Positions 19,420-28,810 are shown, counted from the stretch's first letter. The stretch is 64,000 nucleotides of DNA from Candidatus Aenigmatarchaeota archaeon (GCA_016184005.1 JACPDL010000003.1:17839-81838), one strand, 5' to 3'. Translations and numbers: made by a program. Notes: a model not told the origin generated them from the letters alone.

Positions 19420-20010
19420 TTAATTCAAAGCATCAAGAATATCCTTTTCGCTCACAGGTCCCTTTCTCAGGACTTTTTTTGTTTGGGTGTCAAAGACTGT
19501 TGAAGGCATTACTTCAGGCAGATTTCCGCCGTCTATTATCAGGCTCACTTTTCCATCAAAGACTTTTATCACGTCTTTAATCCTGTAGAGATTCGGCTCG
19601 TCTGAAATGTTTGCGCTGGTTGATGTTATCGGCCTGTTGAGCTTTCTTATCAGCTTGAGTATGAATTTGTTGTCTGGAATCCTGAAACCTACTGCCTGTT
19701 TTCTTTGCTTCTTGCTTCTGACTACAAGCGTTATTGGGCCCGGCATGAATGCCCTAGCAAGCCTTTCCGCTTGCTTGTTCAGAGTGAAGTGCTTCTTGGC
19801 CATGGTTATGCTGCTTACAGCCACAGAGATCCTCTTGCCGGCCGGCCTTTGCTTTATTCTTATGACCTTTACAACGGCTTTTTTGCTTGTCGCGTCAGCG
19901 CCTATGCCGTAGCATGTCTCAGTCGGGTAGATTATAACACCGCCTTTTCTCAGGATTTGCACAGCTTTTTCCGCCGCCCGGTTGTTTGGCTTGAGGATCA
20001 GGGTTTCCAT
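19420..20010 (-). CDS. sua5: L-threonylcarbamoyladenylate synthase (Sua5/YrdC)
   Basis: YPTETCYG, KQRP, PGPIT, STSANIS. Confidence 0.93.
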   Translation of the reverse strand: METLILKPNNRAAEKAVQILRKGGVIIYPTETCYGIGADATSKKAVVKVIRIKQRPAGKRISVAVSSITMAKKHFTLNKQAERLARAFMPGPITLVVRSKKQRKQAVGFRIPDNKFILKLIRKLNRPITSTSANISDEPNLYRIKDVIKVFDGKVSLIIDGGNLPEVMPSTVFDTQTKKVLRKGPVSEKDILDALN

Positions 20011-20041
20011 GAAAGTCTTAATGGAAAGAAACGGATAAAAG

Positions 20042-21484
20042 CTATTGTGCCAGAAGCCTTTTTCCAAATAATTCTTCATGAGCTTGTTCTATTATTCGCT
20101 TGGAATCCCCGGTATAATTTTCAGGGTTGGCAAATTCATCTATTTGTTCCCTCGAAAGATATCTGGTTACTTCTGGATCTTCCAGCAATGAATGTGCGTA
20201 TTTTCTGCCTGACTTCATTGCTTCTCTTGCCAGTTTTCCAGATAAAGTCCTTGCCTTTTTTTCCGGCATGCCTTTATTGATGAGTGCATACCGGATTCTT
20301 TCTGATGTTGGCGCACCCAATGTTCTCCATATACCTGCTTTCAATTTTTCCGGCTGTGGTTCGACTCTTAGCAAAACATTTGCGGCAAGAGCATTTCCAT
20401 AATCCAGCATGATAAAAGATTCCGGTATCTTTATCCTGTCAAGGGCAGAGCCTTCCAGATGTCTGGCATCTTCTCTCGAAGTTGTTTCGAGTATAGCAGT
20501 AAAATTTCCGTGAAGCCCGTAAGAAAGACCTACTGTCCTTTCCTCTACTGAAGGATTGCCTTCTTTATGTGGCATTGCTGATGATCCTATTGTTCCTTCA
20601 TCAGGCTCTTCTCTTAGCTCGCCCCGTGCAGTATTTTTCAAATACTTTACCCATTTCAATACATTTGCTACAGTGCGCCCCGATATTGCCAAATCAGCAA
20701 AAATATATGCCAAATGTTCGCGTGGCGGGTCCTGAAGGGAAACGGAAGGCGTCAGGCCCCATATACCACAGCATTCCTGTTCAATCAGCCTGCCATCAAT
20801 TCCGGCGGCTCTCATAGGATGAAAATTACCGGTTGCGCCTGAGAGTGTACCGACAACGTGGTTGTCGGAATCATAGAATAGTCTGTTTGCATTAGAATCG
20901 AGCATATATGCTTCTGTAGCAAGTCTCCTGCCAAGATATTCCGGCAGAGCGTCTGCACCATGCGTCGAAGCCATATGCAAATGACCCTGTTTAAGCCATT
21001 CGGTGGCAACACCCAAGCATGTATCCCTAAGTTCCTCAGTTCCGCGTATTAGTATTCCAAGCCCCTTCTTGAGCAAAAGGTATTTTGCAGTCTCTGAAGA
21101 ATCGGCACTGGTCAAGAAAATATGAACGTAAGGCCTGGCGGCTTCACCCACTTCTTCTCTGAGCGTTTCAAATATAGAATCTTCCAGATGATGTGTTACG
21201 GCTTCTCTTTCTGCAACCCGTCCCAGAAAGTCGTCCATTCCTCCAGCCCGTATCCGGTATGCCACATCTTGTATTCTTCCAGCATGTTCAGGCGGCACCA
21301 GACGCGGATATCTTCTTGAAATAGCGTAAGGAACAATGCCTTCGACTTCAAGCATGGTACTAGTTATCGCAAACCTGTCATCCATCAGTTTTGACATTTC
21401 AGGCATGCCGTAGCGCGTGCCGACAAGCCCTCCTTCTGTTCTTCCGGAAGCATTTGTGTCTAATTTCTTTGGTCTTCCAGGCAT
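20042..21484 (-). CDS. purB: Adenylosuccinate lyase-like protein (fumarase superfamily), divergent
   Basis: TRYG, LTSAD, STHG, SGATGN, GSSAMPHK-GNP. Confidence 0.8.
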   Translation of the reverse strand: MPGRPKKLDTNASGRTEGGLVGTRYGMPEMSKLMDDRFAITSTMLEVEGIVPYAISRRYPRLVPPEHAGRIQDVAYRIRAGGMDDFLGRVAEREAVTHHLEDSIFETLREEVGEAARPYVHIFLTSADSSETAKYLLLKKGLGILIRGTEELRDTCLGVATEWLKQGHLHMASTHGADALPEYLGRRLATEAYMLDSNANRLFYDSDNHVVGTLSGATGNFHPMRAAGIDGRLIEQECCGIWGLTPSVSLQDPPREHLAYIFADLAISGRTVANVLKWVKYLKNTARGELREEPDEGTIGSSAMPHKEGNPSVEERTVGLSYGLHGNFTAILETTSREDARHLEGSALDRIKIPESFIMLDYGNALAANVLLRVEPQPEKLKAGIWRTLGAPTSERIRYALINKGMPEKKARTLSGKLAREAMKSGRKYAHSLLEDPEVTRYLSREQIDEFANPENYTGDSKRIIEQAHEELFGKRLLAQ

Positions 21485-21517
21485 ATTTTCACTATACAAT
21501 GCAAAGTTATAAAGGAA

Positions 21518-22591
21518 TCAGACTTTTACAAACTCCCCGACTGTTTTTTGCCTGCCTTCGCGGCGCAGGTTTGCGACACGGACGCCGACCAAGCGGATCC
21601 TCTTCTTGCTTTCGGCGAACTTCTTCAGCAGGTCTTTCGCAGTATTTTTTATTGTTTCAGCATCATTAAAGTTCTGTTGCAATGTCTTCTGTCTGGTATG
21701 TGTTTCAAAGTTTTCATACCGGATTTTTAGGACGACGGTACGATACCATAAGCCTTCTTCAGCAAGAGTTGTAGCCAGGTCTTCTGCTGTTGCATCTATG
21801 ATTTCGTTTATGAGAGCGATATCATTTGTGTCGTCTTTGAAAGTGTATTCACGGCCTACTGACTGAATCCCTTCTGATTCTTCAACCTCGCTTTCATCCG
21901 AACCTTGAGCAAGAAAATGCAATTCAGTTCCCCATCTGCCGAACATTGACTGAAGCATTTGTACATCAAAGTTTGCAATATCACCAATAGTTTCTATACC
22001 AAGTTCTTTCAGTGCTTTGTCTGTCTTCTCGCCAACACCGTATAGTTTTCTTGAAGGTAAAGCAGAAAGAAATGCCTGAGCTTCTTCGGGCTTTATGATT
22101 GTCAATCCTTGAGGTTTCTGAAAATCGCTGGCTGTTTTAGCTATGAGTTTGTTTGGACCGATGCCGATGCTGCATGTTACATTCTCAGTAGTTTCTATTT
22201 CCTGTTTTATTCTGGCTGCGACTTCTGCGGCTTTTTCAAAGCTTTCTGCAGAGCTTATATCTATGAAAGCCTCATCAATGCTGATTTGCTGGAACCTGTC
22301 TGCATGCTTGCGGAGGATTTTCATTACACCTTCCGCTACCCTATAATATAACGGGAAATTAACAGGAAGGAATGCGGCTGCCGGGCAGAGGCTGTAAGCC
22401 TTTGATATCGGCATGCCCGAGTGTATGCCGTATTCCCTTGCTTTGTAGTTTGCAGTAGAAACAACGCCCCTGCCTTTTCCTTTTTCTGGGTCGTGACCTA
22501 TTACAACAGGCAGCCCTTTCAGTTCCGGCCTTTCTCTTTCCTCGCAGACCGCAAAGAACGCATCCAGGTCCACGTGCATTATTATGCGCAT
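21518..22591 (-). CDS. dinB: Y-family DNA polymerase IV
   Basis: HVDLDAFF, ANY.AR.YG, SIDEAF, AKTASD..KP.G. Confidence 0.95.
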   Translation of the reverse strand: MRIIMHVDLDAFFAVCEERERPELKGLPVVIGHDPEKGKGRGVVSTANYKAREYGIHSGMPISKAYSLCPAAAFLPVNFPLYYRVAEGVMKILRKHADRFQQISIDEAFIDISSAESFEKAAEVAARIKQEIETTENVTCSIGIGPNKLIAKTASDFQKPQGLTIIKPEEAQAFLSALPSRKLYGVGEKTDKALKELGIETIGDIANFDVQMLQSMFGRWGTELHFLAQGSDESEVEESEGIQSVGREYTFKDDTNDIALINEIIDATAEDLATTLAEEGLWYRTVVLKIRYENFETHTRQKTLQQNFNDAETIKNTAKDLLKKFAESKKRIRLVGVRVANLRREGRQKTVGEFVKV

Positions 22592-22631
22592 GCGTAGAAC
22601 TTGCATCGAAACTTCTTATTGGCAGTCAAGC

Positions 22632-22871
22632 TCACTCAATGACTTCTACTTTCTCCTTGTCGGGCAAAAACTTGTCAAATAGTTTGTCTATAACGTAGTA
22701 AAACGCATACGATGGCACAAGGACAAAGAAGATTGCCCACGTAAGTATAGCAGCCGTATCTGCCGGGTGGAAAAGCGTGAAAAAGCCGGCGGCAAGCAGA
22801 ATTCCAAAACCAAGCGTTGCAGCCGTTTTCTTCATCTCGCTCTTTTTCATGTCCAATTTCAGTTTAACCAT
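22632..22871 (-). CDS. Small 2-TM membrane protein
   Basis: 79 aa; start overlaps the Kae1 stop. Confidence 0.6.
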   Translation of the reverse strand: MVKLKLDMKKSEMKKTAATLGFGILLAAGFFTLFHPADTAAILTWAIFFVLVPSYAFYYVIDKLFDKFLPDKEKVEVIE

Positions 22872-23854
22872 GCAACATCAGCCTCGTTTGTCCTCCATCT
22901 CTGCTTAAAATCAGCTTCTTCTGCTTTTATGCCTTTCTGATCGCTGGCAAAAGCAAGCATACCGGCAACAGCTATCATAGCCCCGTTGTCGCCACTGAAC
23001 TCTTTAGGGCACCCGTAAAACTTCGCGCCGCGCTCATTGCACATCATCCCGAGCATTTCATTCAATCGCTGCGAAGCTGCAACGCCGCCTGTAAGCAATA
23101 CTTCCTCTTTTCCCGTATGCGCCAGTGCGCGCTCCGTAACCTCCGTGAGCATCGCATAGCATGTTTCCTGAAAAGAGAAGCAAAGATCATCAAGCGCCGC
23201 GCCTTTCTTGAATCTCTGCAGCGCTGATGTCATGATGCCAGAGAATGAGAGGTCCATTCCCTTGACAACGTACGGCAGTTCGATGTAGTTCTTGCCTTGC
23301 TTGGCCAGGTTCTCCATTACAGGGCCGCCCGGATAACTGCCATCAGTCTCGCGTATGAACGTATCAATTGCATTGCCAATGGAAATATCCTGCGTCTCGC
23401 CAAAAACCCTGTAATGTTTAGCCGCATACGCAATGACCTGCGTGTTCCCGCCTGAGACATAGAGCGTGACAGGATCGCGGGCGCCGGAAAGCAATTTCCC
23501 GATCTCTATGTGGCCGATGCAGTGGTTGACCGGAAGAAGAAGCTTGCTGCATTTATTTGAAAGCTGCTGCGCAAATTCCAGGCCCGCTTTCAGGCAAGGC
23601 GGAAGCCCGGGGCCGGCAGAGTATGCTATGGCATCTATGTTATCAAAAGAAACATCTGATTCGGACAAGGCTTTCTCCAGAACTTCCTTGGCGACAGTCC
23701 TGTGGTGCTCTGCTGCTTCTGAAGGATGGATGCCCCACCCATGCTTCGGCTTGTACACATCCCTTGCATTTGCGAGTATTTGCATGCCGCTGTCTTTTTC
23801 CACAATTCCTATGCCAAGCGTGTGTGCTGTTGATTCGATACCAAGGATTAGCAT
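22859..23854 (-). CDS. kae1: tRNA t6A threonylcarbamoyltransferase Kae1
   Basis: LGIESTAHT, NHCIGHIE, VSGGNT, DNGAMIA. Confidence 0.96.
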   Translation of the reverse strand: MLILGIESTAHTLGIGIVEKDSGMQILANARDVYKPKHGWGIHPSEAAEHHRTVAKEVLEKALSESDVSFDNIDAIAYSAGPGLPPCLKAGLEFAQQLSNKCSKLLLPVNHCIGHIEIGKLLSGARDPVTLYVSGGNTQVIAYAAKHYRVFGETQDISIGNAIDTFIRETDGSYPGGPVMENLAKQGKNYIELPYVVKGMDLSFSGIMTSALQRFKKGAALDDLCFSFQETCYAMLTEVTERALAHTGKEEVLLTGGVAASQRLNEMLGMMCNERGAKFYGCPKEFSGDNGAMIAVAGMLAFASDQKGIKAEEADFKQRWRTNEADVAWLN

Positions 23855-23887
23855 GGGAGTAATTTTATGAGAGCGTATAAAAACAAA

Positions 23888-24121
23888 TCACTCAAGTTTG
23901 TCGACTAAAATATCTTCATTTCTGCAATAAGACCTGAGGGCTTCAAGCTCCCCGCCTGTTAGGGATTTATCCGTTTCTATTTTTCTCCTTATCAGATCTG
24001 CCGAAGATCTGTAACCCAGTTCTGCAAGCTCCCTTACAACGGTGTGTTGTATCCACGGCAATACATCATTTGCAATGTTGCCTGGACGATTTTCTGAATA
24101 TCTGAGAGAATAAACAGCCAT
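23888..24121 (-). CDS. Hypothetical protein (ORFan)
   Basis: 77-aa ORF with a TATA-like sequence upstream. Confidence 0.6.
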   Translation of the reverse strand: MAVYSLRYSENRPGNIANDVLPWIQHTVVRELAELGYRSSADLIRRKIETDKSLTGGELEALRSYCRNEDILVDKLE

Positions 24122-24233
24122 TTAATCAGAGAATTATCTGACTTGAGATTATAAATAAATTGAAAACCCGGAAACCCGGGAAAAGTTTTTGCGCAAATCA
24201 TTTTATGCGCTTTCACCAATTTCAGCTAAAAGC

Positions 24234-24266
24234 TTATTTCTTCTTAGCTTTTCTTTTCTTTGCCAT
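24234..24266 (-). CDS. Candidate micro-peptide MAKKRKAKKK
   Basis: GAGGTGA SD 6 nt before the ATG, in otherwise non-coding DNA. Confidence 0.45.
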   Translation of the reverse strand: MAKKRKAKKK

Positions 24267-24449
24267 TTCTTTTCACCTCATAGCTTTGCAGCCAGATGAA
24301 CATAAGTTGGGCTAGCTGATGAACTGTAAAACAGAATTCAGCTAGAATTCACCTTTAATATATTGTGTAGGTTAATTTATATACATTTCGCTTTTCAGAA
24401 TCTTGTTGTAGTGGAAATTTCATTAATAATTTTAGAAGAAATAATTTTT

Positions 24450-24815
24450 ATGCCAACAGCAGGTCAGCTTGGACTTAGAAAAGGTGATGTTGTCCGTCTC
24501 GCTACAGTCTACAAAGAATTTGCCGCTTCAGATTTAGCAGGTAATCCGTATTCTGTCAGAAGACTGATGGGCCTTGACATGACCGGAGGGCCAAGGGTTG
24601 AAGTCATAGAAACTCATGTTCGTCATCCAAGCGCTAAAGGATTCTATACTAGAGTTATGTATATTCTCAAAAAGCGCAGCTTTTTGGAATCTCGGAGAAG
24701 CTTCGCTTCTCCCAAGATAGATGACGACCCATATTCAGGAACATTATCAGAAGAGTTGGGATATATCTGGGAAAGGTTTGAAGGTTTCGTGGGACCTGTA
24801 GAAAGATTAAAGTGA
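24450..24815 (+). CDS. Hypothetical protein containing an in-frame 54-nt palindromic insert
   Basis: ORF stays open through 24664-24717. Confidence 0.65.
   Translation: MPTAGQLGLRKGDVVRLATVYKEFAASDLAGNPYSVRRLMGLDMTGGPRVEVIETHVRHPSAKGFYTRVMYILKKRSFLESRRSFASPKIDDDPYSGTLSEELGYIWERFEGFVGPVERLK
24664..24717 (+). mobile_element. Family D 54-nt twin-hairpin unit
   Basis: ttctcaaaaagc-GCA-gctttttggaa + tctcggagaagc-TTC-gcttctcccaaga. Confidence 0.88.
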
Positions 24816-24816
24816 C

Positions 24817-25074
24817 TTATTTCTCCATTTCGCTGTAGAAGCAGCGTCCGCAATATTTCCTGTTCTTGTATCTGGCAAGGAATATGCCTGCGCCGCAGCG
24901 CGGACATTCTTCGTTTTTGCGCGTGACTTTTTCGCCTTCAATCTTGTAAAGTTTCCACACCTGGACTTTCTTGTGCTTCTTCTTCGACTTGGGCCTCTCT
25001 TTCTGCGATTTCTTCTCCTTCTTCTTCTCTTCCTTTACAGGTGCTGCCGCTTCTTTTTCTGGTGGTCTGGCCAT
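24817..25074 (-). CDS. rps27ae: 30S ribosomal protein S27ae
   Basis: CPRCGAG..LA....R.YCGRC; position after S24e. Confidence 0.93.
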   Translation of the reverse strand: MARPPEKEAAAPVKEEKKKEKKSQKERPKSKKKHKKVQVWKLYKIEGEKVTRKNEECPRCGAGIFLARYKNRKYCGRCFYSEMEK

Positions 25075-25080
25075 TAATTA

Positions 25081-25386
25081 TCACTCTTGCTTTTCCTCTT
25101 TCTTTTCTTGCTTCGTTTCCTGCCCCTTTTTCTCTTCTTTTGCCGCTTCTTTCTTGACAATCTTTTCTTCCCACACAAAGACCTTAGCGCGGGATTTAGG
25201 CAAACCCGTTTCAGTGAAGATGTGCTTTATTTCAACCTTGTCCGCATCCGTCTTGAGCTCTTTTGATATCCACTGCTGCAGCGCATCCTTTCTGGGTGAA
25301 GCTTCGCTTTCGTGTTCTATTTCTGCAGCAATCTCTTTCCTCTTCAAGAAAGGATTATGCTTGTCTGACAGAATATTGACTTTCAT
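25081..25386 (-). CDS. rps24e: 30S ribosomal protein S24e
   Basis: NPFLKRKEI...H...SP.K...I.T.TG. Confidence 0.9.
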   Translation of the reverse strand: MKVNILSDKHNPFLKRKEIAAEIEHESEASPRKDALQQWISKELKTDADKVEIKHIFTETGLPKSRAKVFVWEEKIVKKEAAKEEKKGQETKQEKKEEKQE

Positions 25387-25447
25387 TTTTAAACCTCAAT
25401 CCAGATTTCACATTTTCCTCTTAACAATCCTCTTGCAGATGCGATCA

Positions 25448-25555
25448 TCTTGGGAGAAGCTTCGCTTCTCCGAGATCTTCGGAGAAACTGAGTTTCTCCG
25501 AGATTCCGAAATCCTTTGGATTTCGAGAATTCCAAAAAGCTGCGCTTTTTGAGAA
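25448..25555 (-). mobile_element. Family D element, 108 nt, intergenic between spt4 and rps24e
   Basis: Reverse-orientation homologue of 14559-14666 with compensatory stem changes. Confidence 0.88.
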
Positions 25556-25583
25556 TATTGTCTGCCAGCAGGATATCTCATTT

Positions 25584-25763
25584 CTAAACCCTTATGGCAT
25601 ATTTGCCCGGGGCTGTTATCCCCAGCCTTTTTGCTATCTCTGACTCTGTGTCGAATATAATAACGACTCCCTGAAAGCTTGTTGTCGTGTCGTTTGTCTT
25701 GCAGACAGGGCACTGCGTCTTCTCGACAATCCTTTTGCAGTTCCTGCACGCTCTTCTTGCCAT
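25584..25763 (-). CDS. spt4: Transcription elongation factor Spt4 (RpoE'')
   Basis: ACRNC...CPVC...SEIAKRLGI..PGKYA. Confidence 0.95.
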   Translation of the reverse strand: MARRACRNCKRIVEKTQCPVCKTNDTTTSFQGVVIIFDTESEIAKRLGITAPGKYAIRV

Positions 25764-25767
25764 CTTA

Positions 25768-26310
25768 TCACTTCTTCTTTTTGCTTCTTTCAATCCAGTC
25801 AAGCGAGCCCATGCAAGGCTGGCGCATCGTGAGCGATATTTTGTTCCTGCCTTTCCCAAGCGAAACAGCTACAACACGGGCGCGCACGACATCGCCTTCC
25901 TTCAGGCGATAGTTATTCTTTTTGCCGGTGAATATAGCATTCTTTGCATCGTAAGCGATCTTGTCGTCCATCACCTGCGAAACATGCACAAGCGCATCCA
26001 GAGGCCCTATCCTCGTGAACGCGCCGAATTCTGTGATATCAACAACCTCGCCGACAACAACTTCGTTCATCTCTGGCATGTAGACCATTGCTTTGAATTC
26101 TGCGGGATAGAATATTGCCCCGTCTTCAGGGACTATTTTTCCCTCGCCTATGCTGGTGACTTCTGTCACGGCAAGGAAAACCCCAAGATCCGGATTGATC
26201 TTGCCCTCAAGGTTTTCCTGAAGGCTTTCTTTAACTGAATCTTCTACATTCAGATCAAACTTTGTGGGGTGCACTCGCACTTCGTCTCGTATTGCCAGGA
26301 TTTTGAACAA
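25768..26310 (-). CDS. rpoE: RNA polymerase subunit Rpo7 (RpoE')
   Basis: EFGAF..IGP.D.L.HVSQ S1 domain; LTMRQP. Confidence 0.95.
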   Translation of the reverse strand: MFKILAIRDEVRVHPTKFDLNVEDSVKESLQENLEGKINPDLGVFLAVTEVTSIGEGKIVPEDGAIFYPAEFKAMVYMPEMNEVVVGEVVDITEFGAFTRIGPLDALVHVSQVMDDKIAYDAKNAIFTGKKNNYRLKEGDVVRARVVAVSLGKGRNKISLTMRQPCMGSLDWIERSKKKK

Positions 26311-26433
26311 AATTTATCATCCCATTCTCCAGAGTAATTGATCAATGTCAGCTTTAGTTTTCAGAGTGAGGAATTTAAATCTATCTTTTATGGGTTCTGT
26401 TAACTTAGTAGGTATTGCCCTTCAGAATTTAAA

Positions 26434-28392
26434 TTAGATTAAGGTCAGCAAAAGAGGCGCAATGACTATTGAGAGCGTGTTCATTGTCTTGATGAGCGAG
26501 TTTATTGCAGGGCCGCACGTGTCCTTGCACGGGTCCCCGACTGTGTCGCCCACGACTGCAGCTTTGTGGGCATCGCTTCCCTTGCCGCCGAGGTGTCCTG
26601 ACTCTATGTATTTCTTTGCGTTGTCCCATGCGCCTCCTGCGTTGGCGAGCATCAGTGCGAGCAGCAGGCCCGATGCAACGGAGCCTGCAAGCATAGCGCC
26701 CAATGCTTCCGCGCCGAGCAGCAGGCCGACAAGAACAGGCCCAAGCACTGCTATCAATCCGGGCATAGCAAGTTCGCGCAATGCCGCCTGCGTGCTTATG
26801 TCAACTGCCTTTGCATAGTCTGGTTGCGCTTTGCCTGACATTATGCCCCTGATTTCCTTGAACTGCCTGCGCACTTCCTTGACTATAAGATGCGCAGCCT
26901 TGCCGACAGCCCGCATGAGATATGCTGAAAACAGGAATGGAATTGCAGCGCCTATAAGCAATCCAACAAGGACTGCGGGTTTTGTTATATCGATGCTTAT
27001 CAAGCCGGAGGCTTCAGTGAAGGCGGCTAATAGTGCTAAAGCCGAAAGCGCAGCAGAAGCAATTGCTATTCCCTTTGTCGTTGCCTTCGTTGTGTTGCCT
27101 ACAGCATCCAGCGCGTCCGTGACTTTTCTTGTGCCGGGCCCGAGCTTTGCCATTTCTGCAATGCCGCCCGCATTGTCAGTGATCGGGCCAAAAGTATCAA
27201 TTGTCATGATTATTCCAGTTATTGAGAGAAGTCCCATTACCGACAGCGCTATGCCATACACGCCTGCAAACGAATAGGAAGCAATGACAGCAAGTGAAAT
27301 CACTACCACAGGCAATATCGTGCTCTTCATGCCCGCCGCCAGCCCCGCTATGACATTTGTTGCAGCTCCAGTCTCGCTGCTTAACGCTATTTCTTGTACA
27401 GGTTTTTTCTCCTTGGAGGTGTAGTATTCAGTGATTTGTGAAATGAGAACTGCAGCAATCAGCCCGGATAGAACTGAAAGAAACGCGCTTGTGCTGTTCA
27501 TAAACATTACTGAAATCGCATAGGATCCTATTGCAGCCAGCAGGGCGGAAACAATGAGGCCCCTGTTCAATGCAGGCCAGATTTCTTTTTCCTTCTTCGC
27601 GCGGACAGCGAATATTCCTATTACCGATGCAATTATCCCTACAACAGCAACGAGCAAGGGGAATATAACGCCATCAAACCCGAGGCCTGCTCCAAGTATC
27701 ATGGCAGCAATTATTGTGACTACATAGGATTCGAAGAGGTCCGCACCCATTCCAGCACAGTCACCTACGTTATCGCCAACGTTATCTGCGATAACTGCCG
27801 GATTGCGCGGGTCGTCTTCAGGAATGCCTTTCTCCAGTTTGCCAACAAGGTCCGCACCCACGTCAGCCGCCTTTGTATATATGCCGCCGCCTACCCGGGC
27901 AAACAAAGAGATCAGCGAAGCGCCAAACGCAAAGCCAACGATCAGCTTAGGGTCGCCGTAAACTGCGAATAATGCCGTGACACCAAGAAGGCCAAGGCCC
28001 ACGATTGCAAATCCGTTCACTGCGCCTGCGCGAAGCGCAACAGACATCGCGCTGCTGAGGCCTTTTTCAGCAGCCTTTGCTGTGCGCGCATTTGACTTGA
28101 CGGCAACTATCATGCCTATATATCCAGCCAATGCGGAAAGAACCGCGCCAAAGACAAAAGACAGAGCAGTAATTGTTCCAAACACAAAATAAAGCAGAAC
28201 GGCAAGCAATGCCGCAAATATGGAAACAGTCCTGTACTGCCTGTTGAGATAAGCCTTGGCGCCCTGCTGTATGACGGCAGATATATGCCTCATCTTTTCA
28301 TTGCCTTGGTCTTTCCTCAGGGTTGAGTAAGCAAGAACGAACGCAAAGAGCAGTGAGAACAGGCCTGCGGCCGTTATCAGTTCAAATATCAT
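26434..28392 (-). CDS. hppA: Membrane-bound ion-pumping pyrophosphatase, probably a K+-independent H+-PPase
   Basis: GGGIYTKAADVGADLVGK, DNVGDNVGD, GNTTKA (Lys determinant), GGAWDNAKK. Confidence 0.95.
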   Translation of the reverse strand: MIFELITAAGLFSLLFAFVLAYSTLRKDQGNEKMRHISAVIQQGAKAYLNRQYRTVSIFAALLAVLLYFVFGTITALSFVFGAVLSALAGYIGMIVAVKSNARTAKAAEKGLSSAMSVALRAGAVNGFAIVGLGLLGVTALFAVYGDPKLIVGFAFGASLISLFARVGGGIYTKAADVGADLVGKLEKGIPEDDPRNPAVIADNVGDNVGDCAGMGADLFESYVVTIIAAMILGAGLGFDGVIFPLLVAVVGIIASVIGIFAVRAKKEKEIWPALNRGLIVSALLAAIGSYAISVMFMNSTSAFLSVLSGLIAAVLISQITEYYTSKEKKPVQEIALSSETGAATNVIAGLAAGMKSTILPVVVISLAVIASYSFAGVYGIALSVMGLLSITGIIMTIDTFGPITDNAGGIAEMAKLGPGTRKVTDALDAVGNTTKATTKGIAIASAALSALALLAAFTEASGLISIDITKPAVLVGLLIGAAIPFLFSAYLMRAVGKAAHLIVKEVRRQFKEIRGIMSGKAQPDYAKAVDISTQAALRELAMPGLIAVLGPVLVGLLLGAEALGAMLAGSVASGLLLALMLANAGGAWDNAKKYIESGHLGGKGSDAHKAAVVGDTVGDPCKDTCGPAINSLIKTMNTLSIVIAPLLLTLI

Positions 28393-28411
28393 CTATTTTG
28401 CACACACCCAA

Positions 28412-28456
28412 TAAGTCGAGAACCTAGGTTCTCTTCCTTATCAACCTTCTCTCCTA
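28412..28456 (-). repeat. Repeat family A, empty allele; begins at the PIN gene stop codon
   Basis: Identical to 52285-52329; contains the gagaacctaggttctc palindrome. Confidence 0.9.
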
Positions 28457-28810
28457 TTCTTCAGTCAGGAGTTTCCATTGCCTTAATCGGATTATTTTGA
28501 TATTATGCCTTTTTAAGCTTTGTATAAGTATCCTGTCGTTTGTGGCAACAGGGCAGTTATTTTTCACTGCATAGTCCAGAATCGCGCTGTCCGGATTTCC
28601 TTCCGCACTGACTACCTTCACGTTGTTTTCAGCCAACCCAAGCGCTACTTTCGCATGAACAGCCGGCTTGCCTTTTCCTTTTGCAATCTTTTTGAGCTCC
28701 TTGATGCATTGCACCGTCGTCAGAAATTCATGCCCTTTGAGCCTGCTGTATATATCAACCTTATGCTGCGCAGGGAGCATGAGAAAATTAGTATCGAGAA
28801 GCAGTTTCAT
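28454..28810 (-). CDS. PIN-domain protein (Fcf1-like)
   Basis: LLDTNFL, D.AIL, VATND; usual neighbour of rpoE'. Confidence 0.88.
   Translation of the reverse strand: MKLLLDTNFLMLPAQHKVDIYSRLKGHEFLTTVQCIKELKKIAKGKGKPAVHAKVALGLAENNVKVVSAEGNPDSAILDYAVKNNCPVATNDRILIQSLKRHNIKIIRLRQWKLLTEE

Noticed and set aside
24311-24345. Hammerhead ribozyme or box C/D from CTGATGA
   Set aside because: No GAAA core or matching D box in a suitable position.
24644-24907. 87-aa ORF sharing ILGEAKLLRD...SKKLRFLR with the protease tail
   Set aside because: Similarity comes from the shared DNA repeat; it overlaps rps27ae and is antisense to another ORF.
25408-25749. 113-aa minus-strand ORF
   Set aside because: Overlaps spt4 in another frame and stays open mainly because the D element is stop-free.
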